Of a stretch of 64,000 nt of DNA, positions 63,785 through 64,000 are shown piece after piece. The position numbers and the translations under genes were made by a program. The notes beneath the pieces were generated by a model. The model did not search any database. It was not told the origin of the DNA and saw nothing but the letters and a program-made list of their open reading frames with translations. Positions within the stretch are counted from its first letter, which is position 1; the number at the start of each line of letters is the position of its first letter. The DNA comes from Enoplolaimus lenunculus (taxonomy: Eukaryota): the NCBI GenBank assembly GCA_030248215.1, contig JASANG010000443.1:248001-312000 (forward strand). The letters run 5' to 3'.

Positions 63785-64000
63785 GAAAAATGGATCGAAG
63801 AAGGTATTGAACACAGTCCGTGGAAAGTTTCAAAACCGGAAATCAGACGTTCTGCTTCCGCGATGCCGAAATTTTTGCTTCTACGGAAACATTGGGATTG
63901 AATATTGACGTTTTGCGTCCGAGGTGGGCGGGGCAAATTTTCACATGAAAATTTGTCCGGGGGTGGTGGCAAATTTTCATATGAACATTTGTCCGATGGG

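Overview
AT-rich, repeat-dense eukaryotic DNA, most likely from a nematode (TTAGGC-type repeats, TTTCAG/TTTTAG acceptors, GTTAGT donors; taxon is inferred). Host genes: the 3' part of an SLC22 organic cation transporter (+); two tandem, compact DEG/ENaC channel paralogs (+), one intronless and one split by a 7.4-kb intron; a complete 10-exon cyclin C (-); and a 2-exon GPI-anchored Ly6/three-finger protein (+). The ENaC intron holds an antisense L1/Tx1-type non-LTR retrotransposon. Its intact ORF1 (RRM-like region, CCHC knuckle, poly-Q) ends in a NADAR/YbiA-like domain. Its ORF2 is frameshifted and has lost the whole reverse-transcriptase core. Most remaining sequence is nested non-autonomous DNA transposons: a GGCC-ended, 8-bp-TSD family filled with telomere-like repeats, CAC-ended 2-bp-TSD families, and others, plus tRNA-like Pol III cassettes and minisatellites. 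All calls are from visual reading; no searches were run.
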